A DNA stretch of 64,000 nucleotides from Octopus sinensis (taxonomy: Eukaryota). Below, in pieces: positions 1 to 12,863 of the stretch. Positions within the stretch are counted from its first letter, which is position 1. Every line of letters starts with the position of its first letter. Where the stretch lies: positions 40,114,001-40,178,000 of the forward strand of contig NC_043000.1 of the NCBI RefSeq assembly GCF_006345805.1, written 5' to 3'. The notes under the pieces were generated by a model. The model was not told the DNA's origin. It saw nothing but the letters and a program-made list of their open reading frames with translations, and did not search any database. Both the position numbers and the translations under genes were made by a program.

Positions 1-309
1 CATCACTCCTTCCATCCCAACCACGATCATCACATCACTATCATCATGATCATAGCATGAACATCGTCATTGGTACCACCACCAGCACCTTCGCTGCCAT
101 CACCAACCCTCATCTTTTTCCACTCCCACACCACCACCACCATCGCCACTATCGCCGCTGTCGCCGCCGCCGCCACCGCCAACACCACCACCACCACCAA
201 AACCACCTCCAAAACCACCACCACCACCACCACCACCACCACCACCACCACCGTCAATATCATAACTACGCTGTTATTGTCACTGTCATCATCGTCATCG
301 TCGTCATCG

Positions 310-344
<35 letters not shown>

Positions 345-358
345 TCATCATCATCAAA
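1..358. repeat. (CAC)n/(CAT)n trinucleotide tract
   Basis: Direct reading; explains the poly-H/T/V ORFs. Confidence 0.95.
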
Positions 359-1000
359 AGTAGTAGTTTATACGCACATCAATTGCAATAAGCACGTGTG
401 AAGAATGGAATGGAAAACCGAAATTCGAGCGTAAAGAAGATCGATAAATGTGTTTAAATGAATTCCTGTTGATTATGGAATCTTTGAGGTCGAACATTGA
501 GCAGAGATTGTGGAGGAATTAGTCGAGAGAGAGAGAGAGAGAGAAAAGAAAGAGAGAGAGAGAGAGAGAGAAGAGAAGAGGGGGTTGAGAGAAAGGGAGA
601 GAATGAGACTAAAACAGAAAACAAAAAGGGGGAAAGAGTAGAGGAGAATTGAAAGTGAAAGCGAAACCATAGAAAATGTGCGAGTATTCGTATATGCAAG
701 GAGATATATACATGTATATGTATGTATGTACATATTCATATGTGTGTGTGTGTGTGTGTTTATATACATATATATGCGCGTCTTGCAAGGTTCGTCTTGT
801 GAAGTTCATGCGTGTCTAGTTACAACCGACACCCCCACACACACAAACGCACATAAAAACATACATACGTACACACATGTTTATTGATTAATTTCTAATT
901 AAATAGCTAGAATAACTAGCAAATTGATATTATCGTTAGTTAGATTTATATATCTACATACGTATATACTTATGTGCACGAATGGTTCTGTATATAAATG

Positions 1001-1032
<32 letters not shown>

Positions 1033-1720
1033 TGTATGTATGTATGTATGTATGTATGTATGCATGCATGGATGTATGTATGTATGCATGCATGCATGGA
1101 TGTATGTATGTATGTATGTACGTACATAAACGCATACATTCATACATACAAACATACATAGATGCGTGCATACATACATACACGCGTACATACACACGTA
1201 CATACATACATACACACATACATACATACATACATACATGCATATATACATACATATATGCATACATATATGTTTGACTCTAAATACTCAAACATATACT
1301 TATATGTATGTATATATATATATATATATATATCCAGCTATCTTTCTATCTATCCATCTCTCATTTTCTGTAGGTGTGTGTACGTCAAAGGACAAACTCC
1401 CTGATGAGACATTGAGCACTCAGTATCTTGTTTTGGAAGAACTGAAATTATATTGTTATGACTGAAATCATATGCCTCTATCTACCACAAGTTTCACAAC
1501 TTATGTCCCACCAGTAGAACACTGAAGTTATTTTGTTGTCAGAGTAGCTCTTTTGAGGTTAACATCAGCTGACGAGGTGAAGAACTCTTGAAAGTTATAC
1601 AGGATGGTAAATATTTCACATTTTTTTCCTGAGTGGTATATTTAGATCCATTTTTCTTTAATTCACATAAACATACAACCATAGCACGGAGTACCCGCTG
1701 CATAGTTGAACACTCTATGG

Positions 1721-2064
1721 CAGTGGTTCTCAGTCGGTGTCCATATGGCCCCTGAGGGTCTATATAAGATTTTTGAGGGTCCACGCAACAAAATGATAAA
1801 TTGGGGATCCACAATAGTATTTTAAGGGCCCCTGCAAACATTTTGGTTTAAATGTATATATTGGTATGTATTGCAAGAAATAGCTAGGTTGCTTTTTCTG
1901 TCATTTAACATAGTTCAACCTACACAAGTGAATATGTGTGAAAAACAAAATAGGGGTTTTCAAAGAAGTTTCTATAGAACTAGTTTTTAAACATGAAATG
2001 GCTATGGGAATCCACTAGAATAAAATAGTGATCAAAGTGGTTCATTGATAAAAAAAAATGGTTG
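1721..2064. mobile_element. hAT (Charlie-like) MITE relic
   Basis: Begins CAGTGGTTCTCA after CTCTATGG and ends ..AAAAAATGGTTG (TIR truncated). Confidence 0.55.
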
Positions 2065-2159
2065 CTTAGATGAAGTTAAATTGTTCAGTGCACCTTCATG
2101 TACATCAAGCCGCGCTCACTCACTCTCTCTCCCCCTCTCTCAGTATCCATCTATCTCTG

Positions 2160-2347
2160 TGCACCAGGTCACGGACCCATCTTGAGGCCGTGGTGGAAGC
2201 TGAGGGCGGCTGCTCAGAGTAAGCTACTATACTCCAACCATAATCTGGTTGATATTTAAAAAAAATTCTTTTTTAAATACTTTCATTTTTGGTTAGGCTA
2301 TTCTGTTTCCTTTTATGCAACCTGTCAAATTTAACCCGAACGCCCTG
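2160..2347 (+). mobile_element. 3' fragment of a Tc1/mariner (DD37D-like) element
   Basis: HLEAVVEAEGGCSE* followed by 3'UTR ending in CGCCCTG|TA. Confidence 0.7.
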
Positions 2348-2605
2348 TATGTATATGTATATCATTGCTTTCATGTACATATACATGTACAAGCATACAT
2401 TAATAGATATACGTACAGACGTGTGTGTTTGAGTGCGCGCGTGTATATAATAATTGTAACATATTATATTACAGATAAATTCCTCTATTTACATACTATC
2501 GAGGTCTCTTTCATTCTTTTGTTATCTTACCACTACTATATATATATATATACAGATATATATACACATGCACATATATATCTGTATATATATATGTGTA
2601 TATAC

Positions 2606-2668
<63 letters not shown>

Positions 2669-3016
2669 TACATAGATACATATATATATGTGTGTGTATG
2701 TATGTGTATATATACATCCATATTTAATATTATGTATGTATATGCATATAGATATCCATATACATCTAAGTATGAATACACAGACACACACATTTATTGA
2801 AATGTATTCACTGAAGAAGATCACGCGTAAGCAATGTCTTTTCTATTACATATTACGCAAAATCTGAAATATGTGTATTAAATACCTTAAAAATATTATC
2901 ATTTGATTTTACTTCATTATCAAAAATTATATATCCAGTATGGCTGTAGTCAGATGGCTAAAACAAGTAAAAGAAGAAAAGAATAAACTTTCTCACCTAT
3001 ATTTATATATATATAT

Positions 3017-3400
3017 GTACTCTTTTACATGTTTCAGTCATTTGACTGCGGCCATGCTGGAGAACCGCCTTTAGTCGAGCAAATCGACCCCAGGACTTAT
3101 TCTTTGTAAGCGTACTACTTATTCTATCGGTCTCTTTTGCCGAACCGCTAAGTTACAGGGACGTAAACACACTAGCATCGATTGTCAAGCGATGTTAGGG
3201 GGACAAACATGCAAGCATATACACATACACATATATACGACGGGCTTCTTTCAGTTTCCATCTACCAAATCCACTCACAAGGCTTTGGTCGGCCCGAGGC
3301 TATAGTAGAAGACACTTTCCCAAGGTGCCACGCAGTGGGACTGAACCCAGAACCATGTGGCTGGTAAGCAATTTACTTACCACACGACCACTCCTACGCC
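3017..3400 (-). mobile_element. tRNA-derived SINE (family A) with internal microsatellite
   Basis: Head GGCGTAGGAGTGG..GGTTCTGGGTTCAGTCCC, tail GCATGGCCGCAGTCAAATGACTGAAAC. Further copies or fragments at ~4200-4410, 14020-14270, 21934-22100, 24810-25050, 26260-26400, 28440-28760, 37270-37690, 41795-41940, 44270-44460, 47640-47815, 48665-49035. Confidence 0.85.
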
Positions 3401-4060
3401 TATATATAGATATATATATATATATATCTATATATATAATATATATATATTATATTTATATTTATATAATATATATATATATATATAATATACATACATA
3501 CATACATATATATAATCACTATCTCTCTAAACACACATACACGCCTGCAGTACTACGCATTCGACTACAAAGGTAAGTACCACTATACATGCACAAACAG
3601 ATACCCAGATGCATCTCTCAACACATTATGCACGCACATTTTTATACACACATTCATTAGACATTTCCCTCCACACATACACACACACATTTACTCACGC
3701 ACTCACATACACACTCGTGTACGCACTCACGCACGCACTCGCGCACGCAGGCACACACATAGAAACATACTAAAATTGAATGCGAAGAATTTAAATCGAA
3801 GCGATCGACAAATATGCGAAAGGAATAAAAAAAAAACAGAGAAGAAAAATGAAAGAAATATAAAAAAGGCAATAGTGAGATATTGAAGGAGATCCCTCTC
3901 CAACCTCTGTGTGCAACGGTAATCAGGAATTTGATATTTTATATGAAGTTTCCTGGCATTGATATTTGATCGTTCCTTGACAACATGGAGACACTAATGG
4001 ATCAATATCTACTTTTTGCTACTAGAAGTAGGAGTACAGAGCGATATATATATGTATGTA

Positions 4061-4096
<36 letters not shown>

Positions 4097-4138
4097 TGTA
4101 TGTATGTATGTATGTATGTATCACGTACAACACACGCA

Positions 4139-4170
<32 letters not shown>

Positions 4171-4574
4171 TATTTATATATATATATTCTATTATTTTTT
4201 GTTTCAGTCATTTGACTGCAGCCATGCTGGAGCACCGCCTTTTTAGTATCGGTTGTGAAGCGATGTTGAGGAGACGAACACAGACACAGAAACACACACA
4301 CACACACACACGACGGGCTTGTTTCAGTTTCCGTCTACCAAATCCTCTCACAAAGCTTTGGTCGGCCCGAGGCTATAGTTGAAGACATTTGCCCAAGGTG
4401 TCACGCAGTGTTACGTCTGTCAGGACGGTGTGCATCTGTACGTGCGTGTGTGTGTGTGTGTGTTATGCTTGTTAGAGAGGTGTGTGGTTGTGTACGTGCG
4501 TGTTGTGTTTGCTCGGGTGGTGTCCATTTATAGACATACTACTAAAGCCAATTCTCAAACATATAAGTATTGCA

Positions 4575-4930
4575 AGATACGACCTGGATCTCCTAAACCA
4601 CCTCCCTAAACATGCCAACAGGGACATTTTCATTTTATTATGTGTAGGGCCCGGTTGAAAAAAAAAGACACCAGCCGCTCTGCTTGAAGAAAGGCCAAGG
4701 TGGTAGTCAAGATCAAGGATGAGTTCGAAAGTCTTCCGTGGGGCATAATGACGAACGCAAATCCCAGGTTCCGGAGCTGTCTTGAGGCCATGCTGGGAGC
4801 TGAGAGCGGCCACTATCTCCCAGTCATAATCTAGTTGATGTTATGAAATTTTTTTTAAGCGCGTACTTCTATATTTAGGTGGGATTTTGTTTTCTTTTCC
4901 TTTTATACAAACCCTCAAATTTAGCATGAA
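4575..4930 (+). mobile_element. 3' fragment of the same Tc1/mariner family
   Basis: RPGSP, FYYV*GPVEK, KIKDEFESLPW..RFRSCLEAMLGAESG. 3'UTR is homologous to 2220-2340. Confidence 0.65.
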
Positions 4931-6039
4931 CACACACACACACGCATGCATCACACGCGTACGCACACACACACACACACACAACACACACACACACACT
5001 CATTCACACGAACGCACACACACACAGATTTATGCGATCAAACACGCACACACGTACAAGATGTAAATTTTAACATGATTATAAGTTTCCTCGAACAGCT
5101 CATTCAACCACTACACACACACACACAACACATTCATATATATGCTTATATATGTACATATGTGTTTGAGAGTGTGTGTGTGAGATAGAGAGAGAAAGAG
5201 ACAGAAAGAGAGATAGAGGGAGAGAGAGAGAAAGAGAGATAGTGAGAATGTTCGTGGTATTTCACCGATATATTCTCGGAGCGAAGTTCTTGAACATACG
5301 TGTTTAGTACTTTGTCTCACTTGCTATTGCCAACGTTCAATGGAAAACCTGTTCCAACGACGCGATTGCTCACCAGTTGCGATATAAAAACAAATAAAAC
5401 GTTATGTGGTATTGTTTTGCTATCGACAAAATCTCTCTCTCTCTCTCTCTCTCCCGCGCTCTCCACTTGCGTCAATACGCCTAATTATTTCATCTTTCAT
5501 GGCTTCATCTCTTAAGTTATCGCATCTTCAGACATTTTGTCTGTTTTGTGAAACGGTAAAAGGAGGAGTAGAAGAAAAATAGAAGAAAAAATAAAAGAAA
5601 AGAAGAGGAGCAATAAGAAACGGGGTCAAATTGTGCTCCTTCTCCGCTTAAAGGGAATCCGCATAAGAAGAAGAAGAAGAAGAAGAAGAGAAGAAGAAGA
5701 AGAAAGAGAAGACTAACAACAACAACAACAATATCAAGAAACGGGGTCAAACTGTGACCTTTACCTATTTAAAAGAAATCCGCATAATAAGAGGAGGGGA
5801 GGAATCCATATATTTTTGATCAATTCTTTATCTTAAAAAAATCATCAAACAGAAGAGATCAGTTCACCCTTCCATTCGTCTATACGTCTGTCTACCCACT
5901 TATTCATCAAACTATCTTTCCATGAACCGAAGCATCCATCCATCCATCCATCCAGCCAGCCATTCATTCATTCATTCATTCATTCATCAGTTTGCCTATT
6001 CATATACTTAAAAGTATAAAAGAACACAAATGGGGTCTG

Positions 6040-6126
6040 AAATTCACAACAGTTGTTTCTGCAGCATTTTATTGATGAAGTTTTAGATTATATATCATGG
6101 CAAAATCCGCCATCTTCAGATAATTT
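6040..6126 (-). ncRNA. Degenerate type I hammerhead ribozyme, long loop II
   Basis: Minus strand reads AAATTAT-CTGAAGA-TGGCGG-(~40 nt)-CTGCA-GAAA-CAACT-GTT-GTGAATTT. Stems I and II each need one bulge. Confidence 0.5.
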
Positions 6127-6954
6127 TTAAAGCAAACAGAGTGGTAAATTAGAAAATTTAAGTTTCTCAAAGGTACGCACCTCTGAGCACGCAAGTGAGT
6201 AGCTCTCTATGAAACTACCCTTTAGTCCCAGATAATATACGATAGAAAAATTCTTGGTTCATATCCCATCAAATCAGTACAGACTTGAAGATGGAAGTTA
6301 TGGCATTCATGTCTTCCCTAAAATCATGGGCGATATTTATGAGATTAATTAACTAGCTACCAATTCCGAATTGAAATTAGTTCTCTGCCATACCAAGAGA
6401 TATCCAATACTGGCAAAAAATTTGCAATGTGGTATAAATTATTTCGCCGAGAGTAAGAGGTGAAGGTCAGTGAATTGGCAAAATGGTTAAAGGTATCAGA
6501 CAAAATCTGGTATCTATTTCAGCTCCGTTCTGAATTCAAATCCCGTAGAAGCCAACTTTGCTTTTCAATCTTCTTGAATCGATACAATCAACCTGCCGCG
6601 CAGATCCATCTGAGTAGCATTATAGGTTCCTGGGCAAATCAGTAGTATTATTGGCAACAAGTCACGACGTACTTAGATTAGAACAGGACTCGTAAATTCC
6701 CTTGTCAATCGCCCAGTATGTCTATGCTTTAAGACGGCGTTGAAACCGCTTGGCATATTGGCATGTCATTTCCTTTGTTCTTTTACTAAATCGTCGGGTT
6801 GACTTGTGAGTGAAACTGAACAGATAGAAACTCTGTAGAAGCCCTCGTCGGTCGGGTGAACCGTACCTGTAGTTCAAAAGACTATCTTTATTATATATTG
6901 TGTACGCTGATTTGCCTTGAGAATTACGTTTCAAGTATATGACTGTGATGTGAA

Positions 6955-7287
6955 GGCGCATGGCTCAGTGGTTAGAGCGTCGAGCTTACGATCGTGAGGT
7001 TGTGAGTTCGAATCCTGGACCGGGCTGCGTGTTGTGTTCTTGAGCAAGACACTTTATTTCACGTTGCTCCAGTTCACTCAGCCGTAGAAATGAGTTGCGA
7101 CATCACAGGTGCCAAGCTGTATCTACTGTTGCCTTTCCCTTGGATAACACTGGTGGCGTGGAAAGGGGATGCCGGTATGCATGGCCGACTGCTGGCCTTC
7201 CATAAACAACCTTGCTCGGACTTGTCCCTGGGAGGGTAACTTTCTAGGGGCAATCCCACGGTCAGTCATGACCGAAGGGGGTCTCAA
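6955..7287 (+). mobile_element. tRNA-derived SINE (family C), full length
   Basis: A box TGGCTCAGTGG, B box GTTCGAATCC, followed by a non-tRNA body; ATATGACTGT on both flanks. A degenerate copy lies at ~49066-49250. Confidence 0.85.
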
Positions 7288-7639
7288 ATATGACTGTTAA
7301 ATACTCGGCCACTTACTTGATAACTTAAAACGTGGGGTTTTTAATTGATCGAGCAAATAACTGCACATCATCAAAACAGATAGAAGAGCCATCATAATCG
7401 TAACAAAAGAGAGCTGAGTTCAAATTCCGCTGAGGTCGACTTTACCTTTCATCGTATCGGGGTCGATAAATTAAGTACTAGTCAAGTACTGGAGTTGATG
7501 TAATCGACTTCGCCCCTCTCCCAGACTTTCAGGTCTTGTGCCTACAATAGAAAGGATTGTCGTAACAAAAGAGTAATAACCAAATTATAATTGCATATTG
7601 TTGTAATTTAATTTGAATATTAATGGAACATGGAATAAT

Positions 7640-8000
7640 CCATTTTTTGCGTGAAAATGTGGATCTCGAAGTGCATATAGCTGTATATAATAGCATGCAA
7701 ATATTGTGCTGAGAAACCGTTTTGGATAGAAAAAGTCTGAAGTCTACCCACATCGACAGAACACGACAGGTATTCTACCATTGAACCATAGGTGGGTTTT
7801 TTTTTTTCCGTTTCAGAAACCTTATTCTTACCAGTTATGGCCCAATGGTAAAACATTTGTCATGTCTACAGGAAGTTTGGTTTCGAGTCCCACAGGCAGC
7901 CTTCAGACGTTTTCTATCCAAAACGGTTTTTCAATCCAATATTTGCATGCTATTATTTCCAGCTTTATGTGCTTCGAGATCCACTGTTCCAAAAATGACT
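7640..8000. repeat. Head-to-head pair of tRNA-headed SINE-like elements forming an inverted repeat
   Basis: 7659-7742 is the reverse complement of 7900-7984. tRNA-like heads at 7750-7790 (minus) and 7833-7892 (plus, TGGCCCAATGG / GTTTCGAGTCCC). Confidence 0.65.
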
Positions 8001-9165
8001 TTGTTCACGTTCTCCCGAAATTTTATGAATTCTCCTGATGCCAACAACAATTAATGGCAGTGCCCTAATTTAGCATAAATATTTTACATTCACTATCGAT
8101 TTCAAATATAATTTTAGAGCAACTGAAACTAATTAGTATGGTTTAGTTACTTATTTTTTCGACACTGTGCAAAATATATAACCCCCCCCCTTTTTTTTAA
8201 AGAATATATGCAAAGATCATATATCTTTTAAAGGAGATATTCTGTGACATTTATACCTTAGCGTAAGGTATTATCGGCGTAACTGCAGCGTTGCAGCCAT
8301 ATAGTTTTAAGTGGAGAACAAAACCAGGCTGAAGTTTCAGCTTAGAAGAAATTTATCTTTTTTTCGGTAGCAGAGTTCACCACAGCACGCTCATTCAATT
8401 GTAGTCTGCAAATATTTACAAATTTCTCTCCTTCTTTCTCACTCACTCACTCACTCTGTCTCTGTTTTTTTTTTCCCTCTTTCTCTTTTACATCTCTTGC
8501 TCGTCGGCAGAATGTTGATCAGGTGACTAAACCGGAAGTGATGTATGATTTACGCATGGTTGCCGAGTTATTGTCAAACATCATTTACTTGATGCTTGTC
8601 ACAGCTAACTCGGAAGTACTAATTGGAAGTGAATAACAAACAGCGGCAGTATCAGCAAACAACAACAACAGCAACATCAGCAACAACAACAACAGCAACA
8701 GCAACAGCAATAGTAGCAGCAGCGGCAGTAGCAGCAATAAACAACTGCAGCAGCAAAAACAAGGATAACTAAAAAAATTTGTTTATTTTGTCCCAAGTTA
8801 ACAAACATTTATTGCTGTTGTAGTCGTTGTCTGAAGCAGTGTGGATGCTGAATTCTTATCGATTCAGAAGGAAAAAAAAAATCTTGGAGTGTATTCTCTC
8901 CACCCCCACACTCTCTATTTAAATATTTATTTAATTTGTTATTCTTACTCATTCCTTTTCTTCCTTTATATTTTCACTCTTTACTCATCTTTCTATCTTT
9001 CTTTTCTCAATCATTTTTTACCTTCTATCATATATATAATATAAATAATGTATAAATATATGCATATATACATACATATATGTACATATGTATATATGCA
9101 TATATTTATATATTATTTATATTATTATATGATCGAACGCCACGCATCCTTTTCCAAGTAAGTAA

Positions 9166-9211
<46 letters not shown>

Positions 9212-9343
9212 CACATATATACATATATATATATATATACATATATACATACATACATACATATATATATATACATATATATATACATTATATATACACA
9301 TACATACTTACATACATATATATATATATATATACACACATAC

Positions 9344-9380
<37 letters not shown>

Positions 9381-10273
9381 CATAACACACACACGCACAT
9401 GTGTCTGTGTGTATGTATACATGTGTATATAGATATATATACATACATATATACTTACATATATACATACAAACACATGCACACACATATGTGTGTATGT
9501 ATGTATACATGTCTGCATGTATATGTGTATATATATATATACATACATACATATATATATATATATATTCTTTCTTTCTTTCCTTTGTCCCTTCTTTTTA
9601 TGTTTTTATTTTATTTTGGGAATCCTTAACCTTTTGGTTTCTGTATGTCCTTTAACCCATCCCTTCTTTGATTTCTTCTTTTCTCCTTTCTTTGTTGCTT
9701 TTCTGCTTTTCATCTTTCATTTTCTCTCTCTCCCTCTCTAAATTTTCTTTCTTAAGTTTCTGTCATTTTCTCTTTTATGCTCTCTTTCTCTGTTGTTATC
9801 TAACTTCTATCTTATCCTCTTTGTTCCCGATTTTCCTTCTCTCTTTCTCCTTCACCATCACTCAATACGACAGAAAAGTAAAAAAAAAAAAAGCAAAAAA
9901 AAACAAACACAAACTTATATCGTTCAAGGTCACTTCTCAACATACGATGAATTCTAACAGCAAAGTGAAAAAAAGCAGATAACAATAAGTAAAAAAAAGT
10001 ATATTAGGATTTTGTTGAGTAAAAACAAGAAATATATGAATAATAGTCCTAACTAGATCTAAACATCCAGAAAGTTCTAATGGAAAGGTCACAACATAAT
10101 CAGGTTTACTAAACCTTCTGTGGTTTCATTTGTGTTGTTTTTCGCGTATAGATCCTGCTGTCATGGAGCAGTAATAGTAGACTCAAAGAAATTTAAAACT
10201 CATGTTGGAGTCGTCCTTGGAGTTTCAAATCTATCGAAACTCTATCCGTAATGGCATTAATTTCGCGGTTTGA

Positions 10274-10357
<84 letters not shown>

Positions 10358-10402
10358 GTGAGCCAGTCTGAACTATCTGTCTGTTCTATTTGCCTTTTTC
10401 TC

Positions 10403-10433
<31 letters not shown>

Positions 10434-10700
10434 TCATGCACACACACATGCATGCATACATTCAAATAATAAAACTCATACACATGTCAATAACAGTTAC
10501 TTTTCTCTTGGTGTTCTGAAAAGGCACAAGTCTGCACGCAATATGAAATATCGAAAATTCTGTATTGTATACTAAGAAGAGACTTGTGATGAATGTAGCA
10601 AAAGCTACAGATTATTAACTCGGATGAAAATCCATTAAGGTTTGCAGTTCATTGACAATGGCCATGCACATTATTGAATGCACGCACACACACACACACA

Positions 10701-10792
10701 CATGCTGAAGAAGTGAGTCGACTATTTTGTGTAATAGAGCCAACAGGCTTTCGGAATAACGCTAATCAGCTTACTGAAACACGTGTTATATT
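10701..10792 (+). ncRNA. Probable degenerate type I hammerhead ribozyme
   Basis: CTGAAGA 10705-10711. 7-bp stem II AGTGAGT/GCTTACT around a 50-nt loop. GAAA-CACGT-GTT with palindromic stem III. Stem I is not formed because (CA)n lies upstream. Confidence 0.45.
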
Positions 10793-11074
10793 TTTTCTGC
10801 TCATTTTTTTCTGTATGATGGTTCAGACGCTGCACACCAGCCTATCAGGGGTTATGATGGTTATTGTCAAATTGCGTCGCGTATAGGGGTGGAGTGTGGA
10901 ACATTTTTACTGTGTCCAAGCCTTTCGGTAACGTGTCGCATCTTCCGTTGGTCTTTCATGCTATGGCAATTTTCTGGTAAATTTCGCAACTGAGACGAAA
11001 AATCGATAGATGCTATATCAGGGATATCAAACATATGGGCCGCAGCAATGCTCAGTCTCGCCCTTGACTCAATG

Positions 11075-11685
11075 TTATATAAAACGAGCAGGCAGAATCG
11101 TTAGACGTCTTGAGTTCAAATTTTGACGTCTGTAGTTCAAATTCGACTTTGCTTTCATCGTTTCGAAGTCGATAAAAGAAGTACCAGTTGAGCACTGGGG
11201 GCAATGTAATTGATTTATTCCCTCTCCCGAAATTGCTGGCTTTGTAGCAAAATTTGAAACCACTATTATGTAATCTTAAAAAAATTTTTACTACTCTAGG
11301 AACAGGGGTTCGAAATTTTTGGGAAGGTAGCCAGTCGATTAGATCGATCCCAGTATGCTACTGGTGCTTGATTTATCGCTCCCGAAAGGCGAGGTCGACC
11401 TCGGCGGAATTCGAACTCAGAACGTAAAGTCAGATGAAATACCTATTTCTTTACTACCCACAAGGGGCTAAACACAGAGGGAACAAACAAGGACAGAAAA
11501 ACGGATTAAGTCGATTACATTGACCTTAGTGCGTAACTGGTACTTAATTTATCGACCCCCGAAAGGATGAAAGGCAAAGTCGATCTCGGCGGAATTTGAA
11601 CTCAGAACGTATCGGCAGACGAATTACCGCTAAGCATTTTGCTCGGCGTGCTAACGGTTCAGCCGGCTCGCCGCCGTGTAATCTT
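11075..11685 (-). mobile_element. Tandem family B SINEs
   Basis: Three successive units; junction GAAATACCTATTTCTTTACTACCCACAAGGGG at 11437-11466. Confidence 0.8.
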
Positions 11686-12270
11686 AAAAAATTATTTGAA
11701 ATATATATCGCTTGCATGCTTTGGAAGATGGAGCCAGACTAAAGCCATGATCAACACTACTTAGTACATCTTTACCCTCAATGAATGAAAAAGAAACTAC
11801 GACGGGAAATTGTAATAGTGAGAGGGATAACAACAGTACTTCGAAAACGCAGATATACTTCTTCGATGCTAGACTAACGTTTGGGGAGTGAATAGAGGAC
11901 GATCGGGTGGCAAACAAAGATGAACAAAACCAGTACTAAAAACAATCACATATACAGATACAGTTGGGGTACCAGATAGAATATTATTCATCCGACACAA
12001 AGCGGCAGAATTTAGAGTGTGAACTTATATACATGCAAGCAATTACATCCCATCCCCCTATATACATACATACATGCATGCATACATACATACATACATA
12101 CATACATACATACATACATACATACATACATACACACAAACATACATACATACATACACACATCTATACACACACACACATACACACACACATTATTAAT
12201 AGTTAGGGAATGTAATAATTCCGAGCTAACAGGGAAAAAAATTTCAATTTAGCACACTAAATCAAAATTC

Positions 12271-12315
<45 letters not shown>

Positions 12316-12614
12316 TATATATCACCGTGATTACCGTGACCGACCAGGCTATCAGATATTGCTACACATCGCTGGTCACAATGCGCTTCGCATTGTTTTA
12401 GCCTTCAAATTACACCACCCCGCTGGCTAAGCGAGCAGGCCAACAGAAGAATGAGAGAGAGAAATTTGTGGCGAAAGAGTACAGCAGGGATCGCCACAAC
12501 CCCCTGTCGGAGGCTCGTGGAGCATTAGGTGTTTCCGGTTAATAAACACTCACAACGTCCGGTCTGGGAATTGAAACCGCGAGTCCGCTGCCCTAACCAC
12601 TAGGCCATTGCGCT

Positions 12615-12652
<38 letters not shown>

Positions 12653-12804
12653 GAATTTAGAGACAAACCGTAGTCAACTTAATGTTTGATTGGTTATGAG
12701 ATTTTTAGAATAACTATAATAAGATATTTAAATAATTTTTATGTCGTTATTATAGATAATATCTTTTCACTATTGATGGAATAACTAGATAGCGGTTTGT
12801 TTCT

Positions 12805-12863
<59 letters not shown>

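Noticed and set aside
1395-1485. CTGATGA...GAAATCATATG hammerhead-like motif
   Set aside because: Stems I and III and the NUH site do not form; at best a heavily decayed relic.
6955-7030. Bona fide tRNA genes at the SINE heads
   Set aside because: No complete acceptor stem or terminator; they continue into multicopy SINE bodies.
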